Shown one piece after another: positions 25,409-38,833 of a stretch of DNA of 64,000 nucleotides. Source of the stretch: Calcarisporiella thermophila CBS 279.70. Taxonomy: Eukaryota > Fungi > Calcarisporiellomycota. Location of the stretch: assembly GCF_041956535.1 (NCBI RefSeq), contig NW_027192195.1, forward strand, positions 1,020,287-1,084,286, written 5' to 3'. The notes under the pieces were generated by a model. That model saw nothing but the letters and a program-made list of their open reading frames with translations, was not told where the DNA came from and made no database searches. Position 1 is the first letter of the stretch. Each line of letters begins with the position of its first letter. Position numbers and translations under genes: made by a program.

Positions 25409-26831
25409 GGTCACGGTTCTGCGATCGAGCAGAGGATTCAAAAATAAAGGAACAATAACAAAGCTAGGGTCCCTCAGAGGGGAGAGGGGGGAGGGGGGCT
25501 GTCGCCCCCATTAATAGAGTAAACCGGTCTCTGTGGGAGATATGCACTCTGTCTGCAATGAATTATTGACTGTTTTAATTGTTTGATTTTCTTTCATTCA
25601 TTTCCCGTCCTAGCGAATCCAAATGAAAAAGCCTTCATAACGAGGTAATACCCCTCCCTGGCTCCAGAGGCTGCAAACAGCTTCCGGCCGCTCCAAACCT
25701 GCCATTGGAAGAGTAGAAGCCTGGGGAGAGCTCGGCAGCTACGCTGGAAATAAGGCTGTGAAAACTGCAGCCTCAAAGGCCCTCCTCCTCTTCAAGGCGT
25801 CCTGCTCTCCAATTCAATTGTGCCAAGCTCCCGTCCTAGGTAAACCCAAGGTGAGATCAGTTGGAAGCCGTCATTTCGAAGGAGGGATTGAGATATTGGC
25901 TCGCATCTAAAATAAATGCGATGCGTGGAGATTGCAACTCAATAAAATAGATTGAATAGATATATTCGCGTTGATTTTCCATCCCAAATAACCTGTCCAG
26001 GGCAGCTTGGTTTGCAGCCTTCTTGCAAAGCTCGAATCCACACCCTCATTTTCACGCTTAAAGTTAATAAAAGTGCAGAGTTTGCGAGGCTCTGCATGTG
26101 GGTCAATATGCTCGCGCCATAGCAATTCTTGAGGGAAGGCCCACTCGGGAGGGCGCAAGAGCAATTACGGGAAATAAATTGACTTAATTTCCCGACTTTT
26201 CTCCTCTTTCTTACATGCACCCCCTCTCCTTGACCGATCCGTCCGATTCTTACGCGACTTTTAGCGCATGGCAGTCGGCTTTCTATCTGCACAATCATGC
26301 CGAATCTATATGAGTTGCTATGTAGCAAGGGGAGAATATTAGCTACATTGGCATTGTGCAGCAAAAAGGAAATGAATGGACACAGGGATGGATAAAGACT
26401 GCCATGGATTAAGCCGTGCTCCGTGCAGAGTAGATGAAAAAAAATGGATTGCCTGCAGATGACGGCCCATACGGTCAATCGGTATGGATCAACATAGACG
26501 AGGCGGGTGGAAGTACGGGGGGAGGGGCATGTTATAGCTTGAGAGTGGGTCTGATCGTCAGCCGCTTCTTCCTCTTCTCTCGTTTCTCTCCCGCCGTTGC
26601 CATAGCGTCTTGCTCTTTTTCAATGGATGCCGCCTCGAATCAGGGCCTTGGGTTGAAGAACTGAGCCACACAAGTGGCTTCACCTCGATTGCTGACGTAA
26701 ATATGAAAAACGGTGACTAGATTTTTCGCAAGTCCAACTTCGTCAGTTGACGGTGCTGAAGTAGACCCCGCACTGGTTAATTCTAAATCACTCACCGATC
26801 AACCCGATCAAGAGATTAGTCGAGTTCGCAC

Positions 26832-29800
26832 ATGGGTGTGAAGGGATTGTGGTCGCTGGTTGAGCCAGCGGCACAGAGTACCAAACTCGAGACTCTGGCG
26901 GGCAAGAGATTGGCAGTCGACGCCAGCATTTGGCTGCATCAATTTCTCAAGGCCATGCGCGATAAGGAAGGGAATCCTATGCGCAATGCCCACATCATCG
27001 GATTCTTACGCCGCATTTGCAAGCTGTTATTCTACGGTGTCAAACCGGTGTTTGTGTTTGATGGTGGAGTGCCCGAGCTCAAGCGTCGCACCGTGGTAAA
27101 GTACCCTCGTTCCCCTTCGTTGCTTGTTGAAGGGGGGGGGGACTGTCCCCCTCCCCTTTGCGTGCCTCTTCTAAACACGTATTTCTCTCCTTTTGTTGAT
27201 CCATGTTAGACCGAGCGCCGAAGACGGCGAGCTGGCCATGTGAACAATTTGCAGAAGACGGCTGAGAAGATCCTGCGTGCTCAGCTGCAACTGCATGCAT
27301 TAAAGTCCGCCGAGAAGTAAGTCCATTAATCTCAGTGAATTCCTTGATCAGGCCGTGCTCATATTGCACCTGTAGAAACAAGAACAATGACGCGTCTCCC
27401 CCCATCGCTGAGGTTATTACGGAGGAAGTCACGGCCGCGGATTTGAATTTGAATTCGGATCTCAAGCGGCAAAAGAAAGACGAATACGATTTGCCTCCTA
27501 TTCCTGGAATAGAGTAGTCTATGCCGCTAGAAGCGTGATTAGGGGAGACTAGACACTGACGCTTGGCTTTCATGTTTAGGAACATGGCCAGGAAAAATGA
27601 CCCTAGGTTTGCTTCAGAGGAGGAGCTGGTCACTTTTTTCGAGGATATCAAGGTTAGAGGATGGGGTGATCAGGGAGACAGGCTTCAGTTATATTTAAAT
27701 GCCACTCTTTTTTCTCTATATCTTTTCCCCTCTCCTGTAGGACCATCATCTTGAGAATATCAATATCGACTCGCTCGACTTCCAGACCCTCCCACCCGAA
27801 ATCCAATACGAGATCATCACCGAGCTCAAGGTCAAAAGCCGCCAACCTTCGTGGGCGCGCCTGCAGGAAATGATCCGCCACTCTCGTACCCCCCTCGACT
27901 TCTCCAAGCAACAAATAAAATACCTCGCCCTGCGCAACGATCTTACCCAGAAGCAGTTCAGCGTCACCGAGCAGACCAAAATAGCCACTTCCACGCCTCT
28001 GCGCATTGCCTCCGAGCGAAACCGGGAATACATGCTATTGAAAAACGAGAACGTGAAGACGCAGCTGGGATGGAAGCTGCCGGGACTGAAGTCGCAGCAG
28101 CAAAGCGGGAGCGAGAGCGCGAACGATGAGAAGGAGGTGGTGGAGTTGAGGAGCAGCAGTGTCGTGGGGAGCGAGATGGACGAGTGCTTACCGCGGCTGC
28201 TGCGGTTTGATGAGGATGAGGAGGGGGTGCCCGAGGTGGAGCCTGACTTGAAGGAAAAGCGCCAGGTGCTAGGAAAGCGGCTGATGCACGCCGCCGATTT
28301 ACCCAAGTCCAAGGAGCAGCGCGCCAAATTGCCCGCGGCCCCCCTCGGTGCGGTGGACGAGGAGACAACCAAGGAGAATCGCCCCCCTTCCCCCCCGCCC
28401 AATTCCCTCTTCCTCCCGGGCGCCTTTGTCCGCGAAGCGGACCCTGCCCACCCCCCCGGCACCGCCGTGGACGACTCCTCCCTTGTGGATGACTTGTCGG
28501 CCTACGCTGACGAGAACGAGTCCATCGACAACATAATGCAGCGGTTCCGTCGGCTGGAGGAGGAGAAGAAGAAGAAGGAGGGAGGCAGGGAGGGGGAGGG
28601 GAAGGATCGAGGCCAGCCTCAAGCCCCGGCCATCGTGAAACCGAAGCCGCTGCGGATCCTATCCTCCCCGGACCGGGAGGTGGCGCTGAGGTTGGACCGG
28701 GAGGTAAGCTCTGACGAAGAGGAGACGCTCCAAGATCCGCGGCGGAATCGGCCGCGCCTTGTTCCTTTGGCGCAGCGCAAACCAGCCGCACAAGAGACGG
28801 CGCAGCCGTCGCAGCCGGACACTACCACCCCCGACGGACTCCTTGCCAGCTGGCAATCGCGCCTCCCGCCGGGGTTCTCTCGCGTCTACCCCGATCACGA
28901 CGAACTGATGCAAGAGGCTGTGAGCGATGAATGCAACGTGCCGGAGTTAAAGGTGCGTCAGGTGCTGGCTCGTCGCCGACTCGAGAAGCTGCGATCCGAC
29001 GATCGCGAGGCGGTGGGAGCCGTCCAGTTTTACCTCGACTTTCTGCAGGCCGTCTTGCAAATGAAAGAGAGCATGCCGGCCCCGGCCATCGAGGCCAGCC
29101 TCGCAGGGGGTGAGCCGGAGGAGGTGGAGGACGACGAGATCACTTCGGGAGGAGTTGACTTGAGATCCTCGCCCGTGCTCCTTGATACGTTGACCGAGGA
29201 CGTCGGCCTGGTCCCCGAAGGCCATCCAAATTCCGAGGGTCTGGATCTACACGCGGAGCTTGGGGCCGACCTGGAGGGAAGGGTCCCTGTGACTGAAGTG
29301 GATGCTCCGGTGGAGAGGATGGACGCCCCTCAAGCTCAGCCGGCCATCAGCGTGAGCATTCCTGTCGAGCGGGTCAAAAGGTCGCCCCCCGCCCCCGTGC
29401 TCTCACCCCAGCTGAGCGAAGCGGAGGGCCGGTCTCCAGTGGATGCTCCCAGGGACGAGGAGGTCATCCTGCCTGTGGTGCTGGACTCCAGTCCCTTGTT
29501 ATCCCCACAAGAGGCCCAAGGGGCTCATGAGTTGACACCGCGAATCCCCATAGGTGACATGCTGGAGGTGACGGAAGGTGGGATTGCGACCAACGGCGTT
29601 CTATCTGAGCAAGTCGCCCAATCTCTCGAGGAGCTGTCCTCCTCCGCCGAGATGCAGCAGCTGGAGTCGCCCTCCAAGGACTTCGTCGTCATCTCTGATG
29701 ACGAGGACGTGCCCGAGGACTTGTCTGCGGAGAACACCGAGTTTGCACGCTTTTTCTCCGAGCTCAGCAGCAAGGACGCGTCCACCGTGCGCTCGGAGCT

Positions 29801-31315
29801 GGACCATGAGATGAGGCAGCTTCGTGAACAGCAGCGGCGCGATGCGCGCGACGCCACCTCGCTCACGGACCAGATGATAGCGGAGACGCAGGAGTTGCTG
29901 CGCATGTTCGGCATCCCCTACACCGTGGCGCCCATGGAGGCGGAGGCGCAGTGTGCTGAGTTGCTCCGGCTGAAGCTGGTGGACGGGATCGTGTGCGACG
30001 ACAGCGATGTGTTCCTGTTCGGAGGATCGAACGTGTACCGGAACCTGTTCAACCAGCAGAAGTACGTGGAGTTTTACACGAGCGCGAACCTGGTCAACGT
30101 GATGCAGCTGACGAGGGACCGCTTGGTGGACCTGGCGCTGTTGCTGGGCAGCGACTACACGGACGGCGTGACGGGGGTGGGCGGGGTGACCGCCATGGAG
30201 ATCATCCAGGAGTTCCCGGGGGAGGAGGGACTCCGGCGGTTTAGGCGGTGGTGGGAGCAGGTGGTCAAGGGGGAGAAGGTCGACGTCGAGACCCCCACCC
30301 AGCGAAGGCTGCGGAGGCAAATACAAAAGCTGGAGCTGCCGGATGCGTTCCCGGATCCGCACGTGCGAGAGGCGTACATGCGGCCGCTGGTCGACGACTC
30401 GAAGGAGACGTTTGTGTGGGGATTCCCGGATCTGGACGTGCTTCGCGAGTAAGTTTCCCTCCCCGACCCTGGAGGCAGAGGGGGTATGCCAATCCCCCAC
30501 TGTGGCGCTGGTGCACAGCTCTGACACGCTTTTTCTCACCTTTATTTCATTTTGTCTCTTCTCTCTCCGATAGGTTTCTCATGGAGACGCTCCCTTGGTC
30601 ACAGGAGAAAGTGGACGAGACACTTCTCCCGATCATCAGACACATGAATTCGCGAATGGTAGTGTTTGTCCAGTCATCTTATTTTATCTCATCTCATCTC
30701 ATCTCATCTCATCCTGTATCTTGTTTATTTTTGGATGCTTTTTAGGCGGTACAAACCACTCTCGATACCTACGTGCTTGCCCCCAAGTCCAAGCAACACT
30801 CCAGCAAACGTGTACAGAAAGTGGTGGCGGCAATGCGCAAGAGAAAACGAAGCCGTTCCGTAGCATCGACCGCCAGCAAAGGCTCTGGCTCCTCCTCCTC
30901 CTCCTCTGCAACTTCTTCCTCCTCTGACGAGTCAGGGGAATCCGAGGGAGAATCCACACCGAATGTCGCCTCTAGCCAGGGGCCTAACCGGGGAAAGAAG
31001 CGTGGGTTTGCGTCGGGCAGTCGTCGGCGGGGCGCCGCAAAGAAGAAAACTCGGGGAGGAGCCAGGGGGGTGAATGGTGAGGCGGAATTGCACCATCCTT
31101 CTGCGGTGTTTGAAACAAGCACTGATCGTGCTACCCAGCCTTTTCGGGCTCTCGGAATGAAAGGAGGGAGGACCAAGAGTTCATCTCGGGATCAACTCAA
31201 AGGAGGGCGTGACGAGGTGTCAAAGGGCATGGAGCTTCTGCCGCCGGCCTATCCGGCGAAACCGCGGGCAAAGACCACCTATACCGGGAGGGGAAAGAGA
31301 AAAACCAATCCATGA
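26832..31315 (+). CDS. RAD2: XPG/Rad2 structure-specific endonuclease (multi-exon)
   Basis: N-domain [28 protein letters not shown]-domain [33 protein letters not shown], and a basic C-terminal tail. Confidence 0.96.
30686..30713. repeat. (ATCTC)5+ microsatellite in the last RAD2 intron
   Basis: Read directly from the sequence. Confidence 0.9.
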
Positions 31316-31880
31316 CGTCTGCTGTATTCACGATCTATCTCTTCTCCTTTAATGGCGCTGCTATCCTGCAATGTTTGCACGACAAGAGGAGGGGGGAAGA
31401 GGAGACTAGCTGTTGCTACCATACATATATATATATATTGTATATATACACCATCGATGTTGTTTTATGCTAAAGCAAAGAAGAAAAAAAAAATCTAAAA
31501 TAAAGCGCTGGCTTCTCCTGATAAGCAAAGGCTGGCTGCACCAGGAATTGTGTTTCCGTTGGGGATCTCAGGCTTCCGGTCCACTTTATCTCATGTTAGC
31601 TCTCCGAATGAAATTTTTGAGTTCGCGTTCTGAGTTCGATGTTTACGATTTGAGGCAGGGGGCCAATCGATTGCGCAGAAGCCTCCATATCACTCTATTT
31701 CATCTTGCCTCACCCTGACCTTTGGTAGGATTTTTATTTACTTTGTTTCTCCGGTGAAAAGACCTCTTCTTCCCCCCTCTTCTTCCTCTCTCCCCTGTCT
31801 CTCGACTTGAGTCTCTCTTCGACTGCTTCTTTCTCGCTTTTTCTTTCAAACCAGGCCGTCTTTGATTTGCTATTGCCAAC

Positions 31881-33632
31881 ATGACCGTTGCCGCCTCTGC
31901 CGATGCTTGGGTAAGTGCATCTCGTCGCCTCGCTACGAGGCCAATTCGATAGGGCCCTCTGATTTAATATCCTCTAATGCTTGGGTTCTTCTTATTGGTT
32001 TTTTTCTCCCCCCTCCTCTCCCCTCCTTTCTGACATGGTCGGACATTAGAACTCATGCCTCAACACGCCTCTAGAGCAGGAGGACAAGGAGATCTACGAG
32101 CTCATCCAGAAGGAGATGTACCGGCAGTACAGCTGCCTGGAGCTCATTGCCTCGGAGAACTTCACCTCGCAGGCCGTGATGGAGGCCAATGGGTCGGCCC
32201 TCACCAACAAGTACAGCGAGGGGCTGCCCGGCGCGCGCTACTACGGAGGCAACGAGTACATTGATCAGGTGGAGGACCTGTGCCGCAAGCGGGCGCTCGA
32301 GGCCTTCCGCCTCAATCCCGAGGAGTGGGGGGTCAATGTGCAGCCCTACTCGGGCAGCACGGCCAACTTCGCGGCGCTGACCGCGCTGATCCAGCCGCAG
32401 GACCGGCTGATGGGGCTGGATCTGCCGAGCGGCGGCCATCTGACGCACGGCTACCAGACCGCCAAGAAGAAGGTGTCGTCGTCGTCGATCTACTTCCAGT
32501 CGATGCCGTACCAGGTGGACCCGCGCACGGGGCTGGTGGACTACGACCGGCTCGAGGAGAACGCGGCGCTGTTCCGCCCGCGGCTGCTGATCTGCGGCGC
32601 CAGCGCATACCCGCGCGAGTGGGACTACGCGCGCCTGCGCAAGATCGCCGACCAGCACGGGGCGTACCTGATGAGCGACATTGCGCACATCTCGGGGCTG
32701 GTGGCGGGCGAGGAGGCGCAGTCGCCATTTGCGTACTGCGACGTGGTGACGACGACGACGCACAAGACGCTGCGCGGGCCGCGCGCAGGTCTGATCTTCT
32801 TCCGCCGCAACCGCGGCGACGACCTGGAGAACCGCGTCAACCAGGCGGTGTTCCCGTCGTGCCAGGGCGGGCCGCACAACAACACGATTGCGGCGATTGC
32901 GGTGGCGCTGAAGCAGGCGGCGAGCCCCGAGTTCCGGCGGTACGCGCAGCAGGTGCGGGCGAACGCGCGGCGGCTGGCCGAGCACCTGGCGTCGAAGGGC
33001 TACAGCATCGCGACGCAGGGCACCGACAACCACCTGGTGCTGTGGGACGTGCGCCCGCAGAAGCTCACGGGCAGCAAGGTGGAGAAGATCTGCGACCTCG
33101 CCTCCATCACCGTCAACAAGAACTCGGTGCACGGCGACAAGAGCGCGGTGACGCCCGGCGGCGTGCGCCTCGGCACCGCGGCCCTGACGTCGCGCAGCTT
33201 CAAGGAGAAGGACTTTGAGCAGGTGGCCGAGTTCCTGCACCGCGCGGTGCAGATTGCGCTCCGCATCCAGGACAAGAGCGGCAGCAAGCTGATGAAGGAC
33301 TTTGTGGTGGCGTGCGAGGGCGACGAGGAGATTGCCGCGCTCAAGCGCGAGGTGGAGGCGTTTGCCACGAGCTTCCCCATGCCTGGTAAGCATCCCGTGG
33401 GGGGTTTTTTTTTTTGGAGGTGCAAAGAAGGAGACGCCGGTGGGGCGGCGAGGAGGAGGAGAGAAAGAGGACGGGGTGGTGGGAGGTTTCTCTTTCCGTC
33501 CTTTGTTCTCCTTCTCCTTTCTCTCTTTTTTGGTGCTGTTGTTGTCTGATTCATCCTTCATTTTTGGCTGACCCTTTTTCCACACTCTATTTAGGCTTTG
33601 ATCCCTCGAAGCTCCAGGCCCCGACTCACTAG
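31881..33632 (+). CDS. SHM2: Serine hydroxymethyltransferase, cytosolic type (3 exons)
   Basis: [26 protein letters not shown] and the PLP-lysine motif [12 protein letters not shown]. The N-terminus is short, with no presequence. Confidence 0.96.
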
Positions 33633-35803
33633 AGGAGGGCAAGCTTTCCCTTTCCCCCTCCTCCCCCACAAATTTCCAAAACCAAGCCTTTCTATGTATA
33701 GAATCTTTCTTAAAGCCGCCGTCTACGGAAGAGGAAAAAGTTGGAGAAGGAAAAAAAAAATAGTTATATGCCATAGGAAAACTACCCAAAATCTCCCCAT
33801 GTATGGAGGTGCAGATGCACCTGTTCTGTGACTTTGTTCTCTCTTTTTTTGTACGGTTGGACTTTCTCTCGTTCTTTTATTGTCAGTGCTTTAGTTCTAT
33901 TCTTATTTTGTAAGGGGGCAGATCGGTGCTTCCTGGTAGCTTAGTAAACATTTTCAATTGGAAGCTGGAGAAGCTGGGCCGCCAGACAGAGAAAACAAAA
34001 GAGCGGGAGAAAAAGGGAAGCCCGCAGGCGGAAACCCCTCGGGGCACAAGCACCGCAGGGGGGCGATGGTGCATGCCTTGCAGCGAGGGCAGCCGCTGGC
34101 CGGGGGCGAGCTGGGACGGTGGAGGAGAGGAGGGGTGGGGCGGCGGAGGATCGATCGCGGCCCAAATAGAGTTTGACGTTCCATTCACAAACGCACGGGG
34201 GCGTCTGAAGGCAGGCGGCGAGGGGGAAAAAGGCCGAGCTCGCGCCAAAAGCGGGCCGCCGGCAGAGAGGACAGAGGGCGGATGATTCGCCTTGCAGCGG
34301 GCCGCAGCTTCCTCTTTCTCTCCCCCTTCAGCCCAAGCTGCAGCGTCAGGGCGGATTTGGCGCGGGATTTTCCTCAGCGCCCATTGGCAAACCGGACCCC
34401 CGCTTGCCCCCTCTCCTCGAATCGGTCGATCCCTGCCCCCTCCCTCCTTCCTATTCCGAGCCCCGGCGCAGCTCGGCTTCTCACGCACAAGACCACACCT
34501 CCACCGGGGGGGAGGCGGCCCACAAGCCTGGGCGAGGGCTGGGCGACCGTTGCAAGCGAGGGTGCCGAGCGCACCGCGGGCTCGGGCCGGGGCTGGACAG
34601 CGCAAGACGATCGTGGGAAAGGAAAAAAAAAAGCCTAACTTTGCCCGAGGGAGAGAGGGGAGGGCGAGATGAAGGCCGTCTGATCCGAGGCTGACTGAGG
34701 CAACTGCCCGTCTCAGCGGGCCCTGGGCCTCTGCTTCGTGGAGGGGCGAGGGCCGCCCCAACCTTCTCTACGGTTGGCTGCGGGAAAAAAGAATCCGCAA
34801 AGCGTCGAGCGCGCAAGCACATTGGGCCCGGCGCTGCTATGCAAGGCTGAAGCCTTTTTTTTTCCGCAGACGTGTCTCCTCTTTCTGCATGCACGGAGTA
34901 GAGCAAGTTTAGAATTCTGCGCTGAATTTTCTTTTCCGCCGGGTCAGGATGGGATTACGTGAGTTTTTTTTTTTCTCACTCTCGCCCGCGTCTGATTTTC
35001 AAACTCCCAACTTGCCACCCTAAACTCTCTTTTGCCACTGGCCAGAGGCTTTTTCTGCCCCCCCTTTTCCCCTTTCGACCGCTCTTCCTGCTCACCAGCT
35101 TTTCGCCTTTCTCCCTCCCCCGCGCGTTCTCCCACTTGCTTCCCCCCACGGCCACACCCTTCAGCCAGCGCGCACTGTGACGATGCCCAGCCTCTGACGC
35201 TTGATGTGATTGGGATAGGCTTGTTCTGATTTTCACGGATTCTCAAAACAAACGGACTCTACCACGCGATTGCTTCGGATCGCCCCCTAGCCCGGCGACA
35301 TCCAGCGCTTCTCTCCCCTGCTTATATACCGCCATCGACTTCCACCCATCGCTTTCTAGCTATAGTTGGCCATATACCGCTTCGCCATCGCTATTCTCCC
35401 GCGCAGTATATATCGTATATACGTTCCATATATAAATACATATATTTTTGGCTGTCTCGCCTTCCCCTCTTCGCCTGTGCTTATTTTTTTTTTTTGCCCT
35501 TGGTTTATTGTACATATCCTGTTGCTGCCGCTGTCTCCACATATATGTTTTCTTATTCTTCTCTCACATCGACATTTCATCTATAAACCCACCTATAAAC
35601 TGATATATATATCTATATATATATATCTATATACATACATATATATACCTATATATCCATTTCTCGATTTTCTTTTTCCCCCTCTTTGTTCCACCGTGGC
35701 CTTTCCTCAATCGGTCTCTTTTTGATTGCTTTACTCCTGTAGCGACTTCCTGCGCTGTTCTGAGTTTATCTCTTTGTTATTCCATTTTGCTCTAGTGCTC
35801 ACT

Positions 35804-37834
35804 ATGGACTTTTCATTTCCAGCTGATGCCTTAGCCCCGCAGGCCACCGTCGCTCCATTCGAGACCGAGGCGCCCGACGAGCTAAAGGCCAGCACCAACG
35901 AGTTCCGCGCCACGTTCTACAACCCCACCGAGGTCAAGCGCCGCCAGCGGCCCTCCAAGTCGCAGCTGCGTGTGCTCGAGAAATCCTTCCTAGAGAACCC
36001 GAAGCCGTCGTCGGCCGCGCGGCGCATCTTGGCCGAGGAGCTGGACATGACCCCGCGCCGGGTCCAAATTTGGTTCCAGAACCGGCGGGCCAACATCAAG
36101 AAGATGCGCGAGGGACGCGGGCGGCGGAGCAGCGGGTCGGAGACGAAGGGGGCGGAGGAGACCGAGTCCACCGACGGAGCCGCCGAGGGTGCCGAGCGGG
36201 GCGGCGCAAAATCGGAGGGAAGAGCGAGGGAAAGGAGGATGAGGGAATCCGCACGAAGGTGCGAGCAAGAGGGACGCGACGGTGAGGAGGAGGGGGTGGA
36301 GGAGGAGGATGAGGAGAGAGAGGACGACGAGGAAGCAGTGGCAGTAGTAGGGGGCGACGAGGAGGTGGAGGAGGGGGAGCTGGAGAAGGGAGGCGAGGCG
36401 GAGGGCGAGGAGGAGGAAGAGGCCGCTGCCGGCACAAAATTCGGATTAGACCGCATCGCACTCGTACTCGCATCCGCATCCACGTCTGCCCCTGGATCCA
36501 TCCCCGGGGTCAAAGCAGCCGAGAGTGAGGCTGCACGCAGGAAAAAGCGGAAAAGGCGGAGAGACGCACGAGAGAGTGCAGTGCACTATGAAGCCGAGGA
36601 AGGAGGAAGAGGTCTGGAGCCGCATGCGCCGTCGGAGAACTTCGCCGAGAACGTGCAGGGGCTCTACCCGATCGAGTTGCGCGCCGAGTCGACCGAGGCT
36701 TCGTCGCCAGAGATGATTAATGACCTGTGCTGGAGGCCGCAGAATAATGCCGCCGCCGTATGGTCGCCGCCTCCTCCGGCCCACTCCTCGCCTCCTCCTC
36801 CTCTCTCCGCCGTGCCACCCCCCCTGTTTTTTCTCCCTTGGGAGGGGATGACGTACGGGGGTTGGCCGGGCGTGGAGCCCGAGGAGCAGCGCAGCCCTGA
36901 CACCACGCCAAAGCCGCCCGCAAGAAGACGGTGCAGTCTTGGAAGCGGGAGCGGTGGAGGGGGCGGGGCAGGGGGGCCCGCGGCGGTCGGCGGCTGCGGA
37001 GGCGGAGGAAGGCGGCGGACCAAATCCGCCATCACGTCGGAGCGGCCGCGAAGGAGAACCCAGCCTCTTCAGCAGCCTCCGCCCCAGGCGGCAAGCACCG
37101 CCGCCGTCCCCATCGACGCCGCGTACCCTCCACCTCCCTCCTCCGCCATCCCCCTCACCTCCGCCGATTTCTACCCCAACCCGCGCGGCCCCCTGCAGAT
37201 GCCCTCGCAGCCAGGCCCCCCCGACCCGGCTTCCTTGCAAGAATGCCCCCTCGCCTCGCAGCCTCCTCTTCCCCCGGTGCATCTCTGGCCTCCCCTCATG
37301 CAGCCCGCGGGCCCCGCCCCGTCTCCCTGGATGGATCCCGAGCACTCGGGCACTTTTGCCCAGCACGCTTACAGCCCCGAGATGTATCAGTCGGCCACCG
37401 CGGTGCACTCCGCCACTGCCGCCGCCGCCGCCCCCCACTCTACCCCCATCCCCTCCGACGTGCTCACCGATCACATGATGTCCCCGTGTGCGTCGTCCAT
37501 GACCGATGCGACGACCATCGTGAACGATGCGATGGGCGGTGAAGGCCGGCGCAACTCATGCCCCGACGGGTTCTTGGAGGAGCTGCTGGGGCTAAGTATC
37601 CATCCGGCGACCACGACGGAGCAGAAGATGGTGCTAGCGCCCATCTCAGAGAGTGACCAGGATGTGCTGATGACCCACGCTGGCTACGTGGTAAGCTATT
37701 CCCCCTCCTCCTCTCCCTGGCTCGGCGATGCTGATACATGGACTGATGGCGCACTCTCCCTCCCCCCCTTTGCTCTCCTTCCCTCCCTTTCCCATAGCCT
37801 CTCCGGCGCCGGTTTTCCGTTCCACAGTCCATAG
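35804..37834 (+). CDS. Homeodomain transcription factor
   Basis: FRATFYNPTEVKRRQR..QLRVLEKSF..LAEELDMTPRRVQIWFQNRRA, followed by acidic and Pro-rich regions. Intronless. Confidence 0.9.
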   Translation: MDFSFPADALAPQATVAPFETEAPDELKASTNEFRATFYNPTEVKRRQRPSKSQLRVLEKSFLENPKPSSAARRILAEELDMTPRRVQIWFQNRRANIKKMREGRGRRSSGSETKGAEETESTDGAAEGAERGGAKSEGRARERRMRESARRCEQEGRDGEEEGVEEEDEEREDDEEAVAVVGGDEEVEEGELEKGGEAEGEEEEEAAAGTKFGLDRIALVLASASTSAPGSIPGVKAAESEAARRKKRKRRRDARESAVHYEAEEGGRGLEPHAPSENFAENVQGLYPIELRAESTEASSPEMINDLCWRPQNNAAAVWSPPPPAHSSPPPPLSAVPPPLFFLPWEGMTYGGWPGVEPEEQRSPDTTPKPPARRRCSLGSGSGGGGGAGGPAAVGGCGGGGRRRTKSAITSERPRRRTQPLQQPPPQAASTAAVPIDAAYPPPPSSAIPLTSADFYPNPRGPLQMPSQPGPPDPASLQECPLASQPPLPPVHLWPPLMQPAGPAPSPWMDPEHSGTFAQHAYSPEMYQSATAVHSATAAAAAPHSTPIPSDVLTDHMMSPCASSMTDATTIVNDAMGGEGRRNSCPDGFLEELLGLSIHPATTTEQKMVLAPISESDQDVLMTHAGYVVSYSPSSSPWLGDADTWTDGALSLPPFALLPSLSHSLSGAGFPFHSP

Positions 37835-38833
37835 AGCAGCATTTTGCCAGCGTGCGCGATCCCGCCCTGGCCCCTTCCTTCGTGATCCCACCGTCCAGCT
37901 CCGACCTACAGCAAGGAAACCTGGACCAATATGGGGCGGGCGGTCGGGGCCAGTACGTCGACTTCCAGGGACTTAGCTCGCACCAACTCATTCGGGGCTA
38001 TAGTTGGGACTCCGTTTTTCAGCATTGACACATCGCCCTATGACAGCTATAAATTCCATGGTTATAATACTATCCCCATCTATCTCTATCCCTTTCTATC
38101 CCGCTCTCTTGCCCTTTCCCTCTCCCCTCGCCCCTCTGTTACATAAATATACACATCTTACATATACCATTATGGTTCCTTTTGGTTTTTTTTTCCTCTG
38201 TCCCTCTGTTTATTGTGCCAAACACAAAAAAAGCTCTTTTTTTTTCAGTTGTTGTATATTTCATGAAGAATGCTATAAAAATTGCCTACATTTTTTTTTC
38301 GTGGGAAATAACCGTAATCTCAGCCCGCTTTTTATTTTTAATTCTGTGAGCATATTGGGAAAAATGCAGGTTTCCTGGTTTCATTCATAAACTTATTTCC
38401 AACGCGGTATGCCTGGGGATGCGGTAGCGATTCCGGGGGGACTATGTGGGCGGGGCAGAGGCAGGAGGGGGGAGGGATGTGGGAGGAAGAGCAGGGAAGA
38501 CAGAGGAGGCGCGGCTAGGCCCCCGGATGCGGCCCGCCACCCCTCCCTCCCCCGTCCCCAACCGGCTAAGAAAATTGAGGAAATCATGAATTTTGGGTTC
38601 ATCATTCTCGGCTTGTCTTTTTTGAGCCTCTTTGGATTTGAGGGATTTATGAAAATTATGCCCGATTTTCGGCGGGATCCTAATTTCCATGGTTTCGTGT
38701 GTCTCGTGTGATCCTTAGTTCCCCGCGTTTTTTCTTCCACTTTGAAATACTAGTTCCTTTTTTTATATTTTTTTTTCCCATCGTATTCACCCCTCCATCC
38801 CTCCCCCCCCCCCCTTCCATTCTATCCCATCCA

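Noticed and set aside
33386-33549. SHMT ORF read-through ending in a hydrophobic, TM-like tail
   Set aside because: It is the translated last intron (GTAAGC..TTAG), and the hydrophobicity comes from its pyrimidine tract. The spliced end PGFDPSKL fits the family.
32071-33789. 572-aa minus-strand ORF
   Set aside because: Antisense shadow of the GC3-rich SHMT gene, with no recognisable motifs.
33880-35330. Many overlapping 60-290-aa ORFs (also 23750-25050)
   Set aside because: GC-rich promoter DNA with few stops, no codon bias and no domain motifs.
38699-38833. N-terminal ORF-track extensions of PCK1 (also homeobox 35726-35803, MARVEL 49811-50110, GST 3562-3849)
   Set aside because: They start at non-ATG codons and translate pyrimidine-rich leader sequence.
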